In this document: one piece after another, positions 28,562 to 38,485 of the stretch | How positions within the stretch are numbered: the stretch's first letter is position 1 | How the letters are laid out: every line of letters begins with the position of its first letter | DNA from: Planctomycetales bacterium | GTDB taxonomy: Bacteria; 4484-113 | Assembly (NCBI GenBank): GCA_037441675.1 | Contig: JBBIRS010000001.1 | Location: forward strand, 101,428-165,427 | Direction: 5' to 3' | DNA length: 64,000 nucleotides | Translations under genes and position numbers: made by a program | The notes under the pieces: generated by a model | Told to the model about the DNA's origin: nothing | Seen by the model: only the letters and a program-made list of their open reading frames with translations | Database searches by the model: none

Positions 28562-31500
28562 ATGGATGGATTCGTTCATCTTCATAATCACTCGGAGTAT
28601 TCGCTACTTGATGGGATAGCGACATTTGATTCAATAGTCAAAAGACTACGCGATACTGGGATGGACGCGTTTGCCCTTACTGATCATGGAGCACTTTACA
28701 GCGCAGTAGGTTTTTTCACTCGGCTTAAGTCTGAAGGTCTTCATCCAATATTAGGTTGTGAGGTTTATGTCGCCCCAAGGCGATGTAACGATAAGGTAAA
28801 TGATGTTGATAAATTAAACAGACACTTAATTCTTCTCGCTGAAAATTCAACTGGCTACAAGAATTTGATGAAGCTTGTGTCTCTCGCTTGGACCATCGGA
28901 TATTACTACCGCCCAAGGATTGACTTTGATATTTTGAAGGAACATAAGGAAGGTTTAATAGCGCTCTCTGCTTGTCTTCAAGGTATTGCTTCTGCGCCTT
29001 TTAGATATGAAGGTGAAGAGATAGCGTTAGGTGAGATAATTCGCTATGCAAATCTATTTGGGGAGAACCACTTCTACTTGGAACTACAGAATCACAATCT
29101 TCCTGAGGAAGCACAGGTTCGCCAATTTCTAATTGATTCTGCACAGAGGTTAGGTTTACCACTAGTCGCTACGAATGACTGCCATTACTCACTTCCCGAG
29201 GATGCCGGAGCACATGACATTGCCCTTTGCCTTCAAACAAGGGCAAGCTTGGATGACCCAAATAGACTGAAATTTGCAACAAATGAATACTTCATCAAAA
29301 CACCTTCAGATATGCGAGCTTTGTTCAAGGATGTCCCAAGCGCTTGCGATAATACTCTTGAAATTGCCAAAAGATGTGAGGTGGAGATAACTGACAATAA
29401 GATTCATTTTCCCTTCTTTGAGCTTCCGAAAGATAAGGCGGGCTTGAGCCATTTTGAATTTCTTAGAGAAAAGTGCTTTGAAGGAGCGAAAAGCAGGTAC
29501 GGTGAGGAACTACCAAAGCCAGTAATTGATAGGTTGGAGGAAGAGCTTTCGGTGATTGAGTCTACAGGATTTTCAACTCTTTTTCTGATAGTATGGGACC
29601 TTCTGCGATACGCTAGGGAAAGGGGAATTCCGGTGGGTCCGGGTAGGGGCTCCGCCGCCGGTAGTCTTGTTGCCTATTGCCTCTTTATCACGAATCTTGA
29701 CCCTCTAAAGCACGGTCTATTCTTTGAGCGTTTCCTCAATAAAGAGCGTGTTGAGTTGCCCGATTTTGATTTGGACTTCTGCTTTGAACGGCGTGACGAA
29801 ATGATTGAATATGTTAGGCAGAAGTATGGAGAAGATTGCGTAGCTCAAATAATTACTTTCTCTACGCTCAAGGCAAGGGCTGTGATAAAAGCGGTTGGTA
29901 GAGTGAAAAACCTTGAGTTCGCTTATGTGGATAGGCTTACAAAGAAGATAAGTGGATTAAATGTCCGCATTTCGGAAGCTCTAAATTCAAACGCGGAGCT
30001 TGCAAACATTGTAGCGAGGGATCCCACTGCCAGGCAATTATTTCTTGACGCATCTAAACTAGAAGGGCTCGTCTCACACGTAAGTGTCCACGCAGCAGGC
30101 GTTGTTATTAGTGATGTTGATCTTACTGAATATGTTCCTTTAAGAAGTGTTAAAGATAGCCCAATGCTAGTTACCCAGTACGATATGGATGCCATAGCTA
30201 AGGTTGGTCTTCTTAAGTTTGACTTTCTAGGGCTAAAAACTCTAACAGTTATAGATAAATGTCTCAAATACGTAAGAGATATTGAAGGGATAACTATTGA
30301 GTTAAATTCCATACCCTTAGATGATCAGGCGGTTTTTGAGAATATCTACACAAAGGGTAATACTTTCGGCGTATTTCAGTTTGAAGCTCCGCATATAGTT
30401 AGGATAATGCGAGAGACGCGCCCAAGGTCAATTGAAGACCTAACCGCCTTAAATGCGCTCAACCGACCAGGCCCTATGGACAGCGGAATGGTTGAGCTAT
30501 ACGTTAGTAATTCCAAGGGTACTCAAAAACGCAAAGATACCCTTCCGCAATTGCAATCGATCCTTTCACCAACTGGCGGTGTTCTCTTATACCAGGAACA
30601 GGTTATGCAAATTGCAAGAGAGTTAGCGGGATACACTCTCGGTGAGGCTGATTTGCTAAGAAAGGCAATGGGCAAGAAGATACCTTCTCTGATGCAGAAG
30701 CAGAGGGATGAATTCTGTCGGCGAGCTGTTGAAAGAGGTATCAAGAAGAAGAAAGCCGAAGAAATCTGGGAGATGATGGAGAAATTTGCACGCTACGGTT
30801 TCAACAAAGCTCATTCCGCCTGCTACGCCTATCTCTCCTATCGGTCCGCATATTTGAAGTTCTACTATCCGCAATATTTCCTTGCAGCTTTTCTAAACTG
30901 TTATATGTCTGATCCAGACAAAGTGGCAGGTGCTCTGAATGAATGCAACTCCCTCTCAGTTGGAATAATCTCCCCCTCGGTGAACTTATCTGAATATGAT
31001 TTCGTTCCCACAAAAGACAGAAAGATTATTTTTGGATTAGGTGGAATTAAGCATTTGGGACATTCCGCAGTTGAGGAGATTGTAGCTGAACGAAAGAATG
31101 GCAAGTTCAAGTCAATTGAAGATTTTGTAGCTAGAGTTAATAGCACTGCGGTTAATCGAACTTCTCTTGAATTTCTTATTAAGGCAGGAGCCTTCGAAGA
31201 GTTCAATGTGGATAGAAAGACCCTGTTAAAGAACCTAGACTGGTATCTGTCACGGAAACACCACTCAACCCAGATAGGGATATTTGTTGAGGAACCGCCT
31301 ATTTCTACAGTTGCCAGCACGCCTATTCCTGTTGAGATAGCCAAGTTTGAGCGTGAAAGTATCGGGATCTACCTAACCCATAATCCTTTTGAGAATGCTC
31401 ATGTTCTGCGAGATAGCAGAATCCAACAGATACCTTACCTCTATAATCTCCTAGAACAAAAGAGAGGTGCTTTAAGTGGTGATAGGCTAACAATTGGTGG

Positions 31501-32074
31501 AGTTTTAGATGAGGTTGAAGTAAGAGTTTCTAAGAAAAAACAAAGATACGCAACTGGCAAGCTCTGCTCAATGAGTCACTCTGTAAATTTTATTTTGGGT
31601 CCAACTGTTCTTGCTAGATGTGAAAACTTATTGAGAAATGGGAACGAAGTTGTAATGACTGGAAGGGTTAGCTTGGATGAAGCTGGTGAAGAGAGCATTG
31701 AAGAGTTATCCCAATCACTGAAACTTTTCGTTGATAGGCTTGAGCTGTATATCCCATTCAATCAAGGCGCCACTAATGCAACCTTACAGGCGACTCCTTC
31801 AGGCACAAATGACAAGCGGCTTATATCTCAGGCTATAGAAGAAGCAATTTTCATAATTCCACCAGGGCAATCTACGGAAGTCTTAAGAAAGTTACGTGAA
31901 AGCTTACAAAAAGCTCCGGGGAATACTCCTGTTTCTATCCTAGTTAAGTTGCGAGGTGAAAAGCCCTTCAAACTCTATCTAGGAAGAGAATTCAACTCCG
32001 CAAGTGAAGCTCTATCTGGAATAAGTGCGAACTTAGGGCTAAAACTTCATCTGATTTATTCACATACCCATTAG
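28562..32074 (+). CDS. dnaE: DNA polymerase III alpha subunit (DnaE-type)
   Basis: N-terminal PHP domain HLHNHSEYSLLDG, polymerase core GPGRGSAAGSLVAY and DFDLDF, and an OB-fold region. Confidence 0.92.
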   Translation: MDGFVHLHNHSEYSLLDGIATFDSIVKRLRDTGMDAFALTDHGALYSAVGFFTRLKSEGLHPILGCEVYVAPRRCNDKVNDVDKLNRHLILLAENSTGYKNLMKLVSLAWTIGYYYRPRIDFDILKEHKEGLIALSACLQGIASAPFRYEGEEIALGEIIRYANLFGENHFYLELQNHNLPEEAQVRQFLIDSAQRLGLPLVATNDCHYSLPEDAGAHDIALCLQTRASLDDPNRLKFATNEYFIKTPSDMRALFKDVPSACDNTLEIAKRCEVEITDNKIHFPFFELPKDKAGLSHFEFLREKCFEGAKSRYGEELPKPVIDRLEEELSVIESTGFSTLFLIVWDLLRYARERGIPVGPGRGSAAGSLVAYCLFITNLDPLKHGLFFERFLNKERVELPDFDLDFCFERRDEMIEYVRQKYGEDCVAQIITFSTLKARAVIKAVGRVKNLEFAYVDRLTKKISGLNVRISEALNSNAELANIVARDPTARQLFLDASKLEGLVSHVSVHAAGVVISDVDLTEYVPLRSVKDSPMLVTQYDMDAIAKVGLLKFDFLGLKTLTVIDKCLKYVRDIEGITIELNSIPLDDQAVFENIYTKGNTFGVFQFEAPHIVRIMRETRPRSIEDLTALNALNRPGPMDSGMVELYVSNSKGTQKRKDTLPQLQSILSPTGGVLLYQEQVMQIARELAGYTLGEADLLRKAMGKKIPSLMQKQRDEFCRRAVERGIKKKKAEEIWEMMEKFARYGFNKAHSACYAYLSYRSAYLKFYYPQYFLAAFLNCYMSDPDKVAGALNECNSLSVGIISPSVNLSEYDFVPTKDRKIIFGLGGIKHLGHSAVEEIVAERKNGKFKSIEDFVARVNSTAVNRTSLEFLIKAGAFEEFNVDRKTLLKNLDWYLSRKHHSTQIGIFVEEPPISTVASTPIPVEIAKFERESIGIYLTHNPFENAHVLRDSRIQQIPYLYNLLEQKRGALSGDRLTIGGVLDEVEVRVSKKKQRYATGKLCSMSHSVNFILGPTVLARCENLLRNGNEVVMTGRVSLDEAGEESIEELSQSLKLFVDRLELYIPFNQGATNATLQATPSGTNDKRLISQAIEEAIFIIPPGQSTEVLRKLRESLQKAPGNTPVSILVKLRGEKPFKLYLGREFNSASEALSGISANLGLKLHLIYSHTH

Positions 32075-32232
32075 GTGGAATGCATTCATAGGTAGAGGTA
32101 AACCTTTAAGTAAGGTTCAACATCTGAACTGCCACACAAGGAATTGGTCGGATGACAATCCTATCAACGGCTATTTAGGATAAATTCTGCTATAATGGTT
32201 AATAACTTATCACTGCCACTTAGGTCACCAAT

Positions 32233-34719
32233 ATGACCCGCACAGACCGTATAGAATTTGACGAAAAAATCCGACCTCGTGAAATTGTTGAGGAGCTTGA
32301 AGAAAGCTACTTAGATTACGCGATGAGCGTAATAATAGGTAGAGCCATTCCTTCGGTTAAGGATGGCTTGAAAGTCATCCATCGTCGCATTATTTACAGT
32401 ATGTTTGACGCGGGGTACACCTCAAATAAGCCCACAAACAAGAGCGCAAAAATCGTAGGGGAGGTTATGGGTAAGTTCCACCCACACGGTGATGCTGCAA
32501 TTTACGACGCTCTGGTGAGGCTAGCTCAGCCTTGGAGTATTCGCTACCCGCTGATTGAAGGGCAGGGGAACTTTGGCTCCATTGATGGTGATGAACCTGC
32601 TGCAATGAGATATACGGAAGTTAGGCTTTCTCCCCTCGCGGAGTATTTAATGCGGGACATTCGTAAGCGAACGGTGGACTTTGTCCCAACCTTTGATGGT
32701 AAAGAACTAGAACCAGTTGTATTACCCGCCCTTTTGCCAATTCTCCTTATGAATGGAACAGAGGGTATCGCAGTTGGTATGGCTACCCGTATACCTCCGC
32801 ATAACTTAAATGAACTAGTTAACGCATGTAAAGTGTTAATACAAAATCCCAAGGCAACCAATGAAGAGCTATTACGTCACGTAACCGGTCCGGACTTTCC
32901 AACTGGTGGTTTGATACTTGGCACCGATGGAATAACTAAAGCTTACACCGAAGGTAGAGGCACTATAACTATAAGGGGTCGGGCAAGTGTAGAGCAGGAT
33001 AAGAGGGAACGCTTTAGGATAGTTATCACCGAAGTGCCGTATCAGATAAACAAGTCAGCGCTCGTGGAGAAGATTGCGGAACTTGCCTCCCAAAGCAAGG
33101 GTGCTCTTTCGGGAATCTCAGATATTCGTGACGAATCTGATAGAACTGGCATACGGGTTGTTCTAGAGTTAAAAAGGGATGCAAATCCCCAGGTCATCCT
33201 AAACAACCTTTACAAATATACCCCTCTTCAAACAACCTACGGCATTATTCAACTGGCTCTGGTAGATGGAGTACCCAAGGCTCTATCCCTAAAGGACATT
33301 CTTGAGCTCAATATTAATCACGGTAGGATAGTCTTAACTAAGAGAATAGAGTTTGAACTAGAGCAAGCGGAGAAGAGGGCGCATGTGCTTGAGGGCTTTA
33401 AGATTGTCCTTGATAATCTTGATGTAGTAATTAAGATTATTAGGTCAAGCGCAGATCATAAAGAAGCCTCAAACCTTCTAATTGCGAGGTTCAAGTTTAC
33501 CGAGGAGCAAGTAAAGGCTATCTTGGATATGAGGCTTAGCCAGCTGACGAATCTTGAACGCAAGAAAGTTCTTGATGAGCTAGCAGAGCTGAAAAAATCA
33601 ATAAAAGAGTTCAAGTCAATCTTATCCACCCCCAAGAAAATTGATGAAATTCTCATAGAGGAGCTAGAAGAATCAGTTAAGAGGTTTGGTGATGAAAGAC
33701 GGACAACTATTGTTCAGACCGACGAGAAAGGTGAGTTCAAGGAAGAAGATCTGGTGAGAAGTGAATCGGTTGTGGTAACTATAAGCAGAAACAGCTACAT
33801 TAAACGAGTGCCTTTATCAAGTTTTAGAGTTCAGGCAAGGGGAGGACGTGGGCTAATTGGAGCCGGCTTAAAGTCTGACGATGCGGTTAGCGGTCTCGTT
33901 TTGACTAACACTTTGGATACTATACTTTGCTTCACCAACAGAGGGAACGTTTACTCATTGAAAGTTTACAAAATTCCAGCTTTTGATAGAACCGCAAAGG
34001 GTACTCCGATTGTGAATTGTATTGGGCTGGGAAATCCTGAAGAAAGAGTAACCGCAATCGCATCATTGAAAGAGTTCTCCGAGCCTTATCTTTTTATGTG
34101 CACTAGGAAGGGGCGAGTAAAGAAATGCGCGCTTTCTGAATTCACGAACCTTAGGATAACAGGCAAGCGCTCCATTACCCTAGAAGGCACTGACACTTTG
34201 GAGTTTGTTATTCCTACTAGTGGCAAGGACACGCTTATTATCAGCACTCGAAAAGGCTTTTCAGTTTGTTTCAATGAGGGTGAAGTAAAACCAGTGGGGA
34301 CATCCGCCCAGGGCGTTATTGGGATTAGGCTTCAAGGAGAGGACGATGAAGTTGTCGGACTTGGCAGAATAAAACCTTCCAGCGAGCTTCTCGTCGTAAG
34401 TGAACTTGGATATGGCAAGAGAACCCCACTCTCAGAATTCCGAATAACTCATCGGGCTACCAAGGGAATTATAAGTATGAAAGTGCGTGAAAAAACGGGG
34501 GATGTTATTTCCGCGAGGGTGGTTAGCGAGAATGATGAGGTGATTCTGATTTCAGTTGACGGAATGGTTATCAGGACTGAAGTTAGACAGATTTCCCAAC
34601 AGGGGCGTAGCACTATGGGCGTTAAGGTTATGAATTTAAGGGAAGGAGACAAGGTTTCCGCAGTAGAAGTGGTTCCCTCAGATTTTGGTGGAGAGTCGCT
34701 TTTTGAGCCTAATAGTTGA
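32233..34719 (+). CDS. gyrA: DNA gyrase subunit A
   Basis: HPHGDAAIYDALVRLAQPW, active-site region, and a GyrA-box-like QARGGRG at the start of the beta-pinwheel CTD. Confidence 0.85.
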   Translation: MTRTDRIEFDEKIRPREIVEELEESYLDYAMSVIIGRAIPSVKDGLKVIHRRIIYSMFDAGYTSNKPTNKSAKIVGEVMGKFHPHGDAAIYDALVRLAQPWSIRYPLIEGQGNFGSIDGDEPAAMRYTEVRLSPLAEYLMRDIRKRTVDFVPTFDGKELEPVVLPALLPILLMNGTEGIAVGMATRIPPHNLNELVNACKVLIQNPKATNEELLRHVTGPDFPTGGLILGTDGITKAYTEGRGTITIRGRASVEQDKRERFRIVITEVPYQINKSALVEKIAELASQSKGALSGISDIRDESDRTGIRVVLELKRDANPQVILNNLYKYTPLQTTYGIIQLALVDGVPKALSLKDILELNINHGRIVLTKRIEFELEQAEKRAHVLEGFKIVLDNLDVVIKIIRSSADHKEASNLLIARFKFTEEQVKAILDMRLSQLTNLERKKVLDELAELKKSIKEFKSILSTPKKIDEILIEELEESVKRFGDERRTTIVQTDEKGEFKEEDLVRSESVVVTISRNSYIKRVPLSSFRVQARGGRGLIGAGLKSDDAVSGLVLTNTLDTILCFTNRGNVYSLKVYKIPAFDRTAKGTPIVNCIGLGNPEERVTAIASLKEFSEPYLFMCTRKGRVKKCALSEFTNLRITGKRSITLEGTDTLEFVIPTSGKDTLIISTRKGFSVCFNEGEVKPVGTSAQGVIGIRLQGEDDEVVGLGRIKPSSELLVVSELGYGKRTPLSEFRITHRATKGIISMKVREKTGDVISARVVSENDEVILISVDGMVIRTEVRQISQQGRSTMGVKVMNLREGDKVSAVEVVPSDFGGESLFEPNS

Positions 34720-34841
34720 TTGTGTAAAGTTTCATTGGTTACAGGGGCGATGGTTCCTTAGTATTAAGATTAAAGTTATGTAATTAGACTTTTAAGACAT
34801 TACAAATTACGTTTTCATTATTCAAATAGCGTTTCTAACTT

Positions 34842-35288
34842 TTGATTATGAGGATACTGGTGTTAAACGGTCCGAATCTGGACTTACTTGGAGAACGGGA
34901 AGCTGAGATATACGGCTCAACTAACCTAAAGTCCATTGAAGGTTCGCTCTTTAGCTGGCTTGAGAATAATCATCCTGAGGTAGGGCTAGATTTCCTCCAA
35001 ACAAACAGTGAGAGTGTCTTAATTGACAAACTGAACTCATCCCATAATGCCTATAATGGCTTAATTATCAATCCAGGTGCGTTAGCTCATTATTCAGTAG
35101 CCCTTAGGGACAGCCTTAAAGCTTTTCCTGCGCCTAAGGTAGAAGTGCACATTTCCAACCCCATTGCCCGTGAGAATTTCAGGCAGACAATGTTGACCGC
35201 TGGAGCGGTGAATGCGGTTATTCTTGGGATGGGTGCATATGGTTACCTCCTAGCCCTTCAATATCTTCTAAAAACATACCAACATTGA
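34842..35288 (+). CDS. aroQ: 3-dehydroquinate dehydratase, type II
   Basis: ILVLNGPNLDLLGERE...NPGALAHYS...HISNPIARE. Confidence 0.9.
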   Translation: MIMRILVLNGPNLDLLGEREAEIYGSTNLKSIEGSLFSWLENNHPEVGLDFLQTNSESVLIDKLNSSHNAYNGLIINPGALAHYSVALRDSLKAFPAPKVEVHISNPIARENFRQTMLTAGAVNAVILGMGAYGYLLALQYLLKTYQH

Positions 35289-35449
35289 TGTTTTGGCAAG
35301 TTAACTCACATTCTGCTTACATCTGCAAACTTTGCCAGGAAGCTACCACAAATTGCCCACGTACCCCTTGGGAAGACCTCAATGTTCAATTGAGCATTCT
35401 ATTTGGAATTTGCGTATTTTTTAGCTCGCAAAGGCGCATTCAGCTGGAC

Positions 35450-35480
35450 TTGACAGAATACCCGCTTAGTGGTATATAAT
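35450..35480 (+). promoter_or_regulatory. near-consensus sigma70 promoter
   Basis: TTGACA, a 17-nt spacer, then a TGgTATATAAT extended -10, immediately upstream of the ATG at 35493. Confidence 0.5.
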
Positions 35481-35492
35481 TTACTTAACAGG

Positions 35493-35882
35493 ATGAGGGT
35501 AGCGATTGACCCAGGTACTTATAAGTGCGGATGGGCTATAAGTGTACCGGGCGCCAGTCGGTTCCTAAAGGGAACAGTGGACCTTGAAATGCTGAAGGAT
35601 TGTTTGTCGTTGATTAAACGTAACTTTTCCGTAGAACTTGTCCTTGTTGGCTCTGGAACAAACTCTAAGAACGTATATAGCACCATTGTGGAGGTTTTTG
35701 GAAGTAAAAAATCGTTGCTGGTGTCTGAAACAGGTTCCACCGACGAGGCTAAGCGTTTATACCTTCAAGATTGTGGGGGAAGTTCGCTTTTAAAGCTTAT
35801 TAGGTTACTATTTCTATTGTTTTTTAATCCCCCGCTGGATGGTTATGCCGCTGTAAGCTTACTTAAACGGCATACACCCTAA
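35493..35882 (+). CDS. putative YqgF/RuvX-like RNase H-fold nuclease; the ORF opens at 35469 but the promoter position favours the start at 35493
   Basis: MRVAIDPGTYKCGWAIS, LVLVGSGTNSKNVYS and ETGSTDEAKRLY resemble RuvX motifs; weak. Confidence 0.4.
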   Translation: MRVAIDPGTYKCGWAISVPGASRFLKGTVDLEMLKDCLSLIKRNFSVELVLVGSGTNSKNVYSTIVEVFGSKKSLLVSETGSTDEAKRLYLQDCGGSSLLKLIRLLFLLFFNPPLDGYAAVSLLKRHTP

Positions 35883-36086
35883 ATTTGGTTACTATACCGT
35901 TGTTCGCCTTGTAAAAGGAGGTGAGAAAACTTGGTCAAGGCGATGCAACGAGGTAAAAATTTATTTTTATTGGCAGGCTCTGAAAATCTGGGTTATCTAA
36001 TGGCAAAGGTAACTAGGCAACTTTGCTATAAGAGTTTCCAGAGGTAAGGAGCTGAGCCAAAATCTAGTATCACCAAGGAGTAACTT

Positions 36087-37763
36087 ATGCGCAGTTTAAT
36101 TTTCACTTTAGCGTTGGTTCTCTCCCTGGCTCTATCCACAGGAGCTTTTGCTCAGATGTTTAGGGATGTTCCACCGGATCACTGGGCATACGAAGCCATT
36201 GATTATCTCCAGCAAGAGGGCCTTGTAGAGGGTTACCCAGATGGTACCTTCCAGGGTCAGCGCTCCTTTACCCGTTACGAAATGGCTATGGTTGTCGCAC
36301 GTATCTACTCCAAGCTGGATGAGAAGCTTTCAGCTTTTGATCCTGCTAAGCTGGACGAGATTAACTCTCGCTTGGATCAGCTTGCCAATGAGTTCAAGGA
36401 CGAATTGGCAGAGTTGGGTGTCCGTTTGGACCAGCTTGAGAGCACAGTCTCTCAGCATGGTAAGGACATTGACCAGCTCAAAGCTCTTATCCGCGAGTCA
36501 AATTTAAGTGGCGTTTATCGTGTGCGAACCGGTGCGTACGTAGATACCGGAGTTGTTGATATGTCCAACGACTTCGGTCACGAGCAGTGGATTGAACTCC
36601 ACTATGGCTTCCAGCCAGAGGAGAACATTCGCTTTGATTTCAGCCTAACATCGGCTGAGGCTCAGGGTGCTGTAGGAACGGGCATCATTCCAGGTGCTGG
36701 AAACGAGACTGCCTTTACGACCATTGCCACTCCTCCCAACTTCTACTCTCAAGCAGCTTCCAGCTTCGTTCTTGACAAGGCAATGGCAACAATTGACCTG
36801 ACACCTTACACTGATGCATTTGGTGACACTCCCACGCTGACTGTTGGTCGTCAATACTTCAGTGAGGGCGAGTTTGGGCTAGCTGGCGATAACGGCTTCC
36901 GTTCCAACTTCGGTTACCGTTTTGACACAACGTGGGAGGATGGTGAATGGGCGTTCTATGTTGGTGCATACCGCGTGGAGTCCGCGCCAGCAACTTTCGC
37001 ACCATTCTTTAACCCCTTCACTAGAAGCTTCATGTCCAGTGCCATCAATGCTCCATTTGACAGTGATGATTACGTAAATCTCGGTTTCAAGTACAGAGGG
37101 CGCGAGGGCAAGTTCCCCGGACACGATTACGATCTCGCTATTAACATTGATGGTAGCCCCAATGGTTACGGTGCTGAGCAGTTTCTAAGCATTTCTGGAA
37201 ACGCGGAAATTCCGTGGTTTGATGACGAATGGCTTAACGGCATCCGTGCTGAGTGGGTTTGGGTACCAAACAACGTTAGCGACTTCGACGCGGAGGATAT
37301 CGGGCTTGAGGATATGAACACAATCGTTGGGCTTGACATCTACAACGATGGCAGAACAAAGTTCACCCTCTACGGTGCAAGCATTGCCCAGCTCGAAGGT
37401 CTACCAGTTTTTGCCAACGTTGATAACGATCCCTTCAGCGAGTGGGACTACACTGTGAACGGTCCAGGTGATGCCTTTAACTTTAGCCGTGAGGGTAAGA
37501 ACTTCTTCCCGTCAGACTTTGAAGGTATTGGTGTTACCTTTGAACACACCTTCCCCAACGATCTTTACGGGAAACTCACGTGGTACACTGGAGAGCGTAT
37601 TAATGCGTTCTTTGATGCACGTCCTGACCTCCTGAAGTTCAATTTCCGTTACCCATTTGCTAAGAATGCTTCACTTGGGTTGGACGTGATTACTTCTGGT
37701 CAGAGCGATGGTCTTGAAGACGCTATTACTCTCGTTCGTGGTGAGTTCTTACTTCACTTCTAG
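36087..37763 (+). CDS. SLH-domain outer-membrane porin (OmpM/Slp-type): signal peptide, SLH domain, coiled coil and C-terminal beta-barrel ending in Phe
   Basis: Signal peptide ...GAFA; SLH motif FRDVPPDHWAYEAIDYLQQEGLVEGYPDGTFQGQRSFTRYEMAMVVARI; heptad-rich segment; beta-strand-rich, aromatic-rich C-terminal half ending ...FLLHF. Confidence 0.8.
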   Translation: MRSLIFTLALVLSLALSTGAFAQMFRDVPPDHWAYEAIDYLQQEGLVEGYPDGTFQGQRSFTRYEMAMVVARIYSKLDEKLSAFDPAKLDEINSRLDQLANEFKDELAELGVRLDQLESTVSQHGKDIDQLKALIRESNLSGVYRVRTGAYVDTGVVDMSNDFGHEQWIELHYGFQPEENIRFDFSLTSAEAQGAVGTGIIPGAGNETAFTTIATPPNFYSQAASSFVLDKAMATIDLTPYTDAFGDTPTLTVGRQYFSEGEFGLAGDNGFRSNFGYRFDTTWEDGEWAFYVGAYRVESAPATFAPFFNPFTRSFMSSAINAPFDSDDYVNLGFKYRGREGKFPGHDYDLAINIDGSPNGYGAEQFLSISGNAEIPWFDDEWLNGIRAEWVWVPNNVSDFDAEDIGLEDMNTIVGLDIYNDGRTKFTLYGASIAQLEGLPVFANVDNDPFSEWDYTVNGPGDAFNFSREGKNFFPSDFEGIGVTFEHTFPNDLYGKLTWYTGERINAFFDARPDLLKFNFRYPFAKNASLGLDVITSGQSDGLEDAITLVRGEFLLHF

Positions 37764-37784
37764 TTCTTAATTCTTCCCCCGTCG

Positions 37785-37824
37785 AAAAAAAGGGTTCCAG
37801 CCCGCAGGCTGGAACCCTTTTTTG
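37785..37824. terminator. bidirectional rho-independent terminator between the porin gene and yraN
   Basis: A7, then a perfect 11-bp stem GGGTTCCAGCC/GGCTGGAACCC with loop CGCA, then T6. Confidence 0.85.
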
Positions 37825-37858
37825 TTGGGAGAGTTAGGGACTAGTCAGAACATTTAGT

Positions 37859-38224
37859 TTAGACCCCACCCTCTAAATGAAAAATTTGAGGTTGCCTATC
37901 ATTAACATCGCGAAAATTCACCTCAATTAAATCAAACCTGATAGGTTTCCCATATAGACGGTGCTTGCGCAAGTAAATTTCTGCTACCGTTTCAATCTTT
38001 TGAGCCTTTTCACGGTTCACCCTGTCACGAGGCGAGAATCCCGGATGGATTACGCCGGACTTAACCTCTGTGAAGACGATTAGCTCCTTGTGGCTTGTAA
38101 TTATGTCTATCTCGCCTTTCTTGGTAGTAAAGTTTCTAGCTAAGAGCTTGTGTCCTTTTCGTTTAAGGTGTAAGACAGCTAAACGCTCAGCCCTGTTCCC
38201 AAGGCGAAGGTGAGTGGGGGTCAT
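37859..38224 (-). CDS. YraN-family (UPF0102) endonuclease; likely start at the Met at 38224
   Basis: GNRAERLAVLHLKRKGHKLLARNFTTKKGEIDIIT...VFTEVK. Confidence 0.7.
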   Translation of the reverse strand: MTPTHLRLGNRAERLAVLHLKRKGHKLLARNFTTKKGEIDIITSHKELIVFTEVKSGVIHPGFSPRDRVNREKAQKIETVAEIYLRKHRLYGKPIRFDLIEVNFRDVNDRQPQIFHLEGGV

Positions 38225-38405
38225 CAACTGTAAAGGGGCTCTTCTTTTTAAGAACCCCAACAAAAACTGTAAGGGGTTCAAGGGAAAACGTTGCCAGACA
38301 GAAAGGACACTCCATTTCTTCGCCTTCTTTTTTATCATCACCTATCAAAAGGAGTCTACTACAATCTGGGCAGAATACTTTACCAGCCGTGCGTGGAAGT
38401 TTCAT
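38187..38405 (-). CDS. putative small zinc-ribbon protein (72 aa); possibly leaderless
   Basis: CPDC...CPFC spaced as in a zinc ribbon; a TGgTATAAT extended -10 lies 6 nt upstream of its ATG on the minus strand. Confidence 0.3.
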   Translation of the reverse strand: MKLPRTAGKVFCPDCSRLLLIGDDKKEGEEMECPFCLATFSLEPLTVFVGVLKKKSPFTVDDPHSPSPWEQG

Positions 38406-38411
38406 TGATTT

Positions 38412-38453
38412 ATTATACCACTGGTAGTCTGATAAAGCTATAAAATGATATAA
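38412..38453. promoter_or_regulatory. divergent extended -10 promoters in the yraN/moxR intergenic region
   Basis: Plus strand: TGaTATAAT at 38445-38453, 33 nt upstream of moxR. Minus strand: TGgTATAAT, the complement of 38412-38420. Confidence 0.4.
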
Positions 38454-38485
38454 TCATCAGCACTTGGAATTAGGAAACTCACAAA

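Noticed and set aside
35285-35479. 64-aa ORF between aroQ and the RuvX-like gene
   Set aside because: It overlaps the strong promoter, has no RBS and no conserved features, and is likely non-coding.
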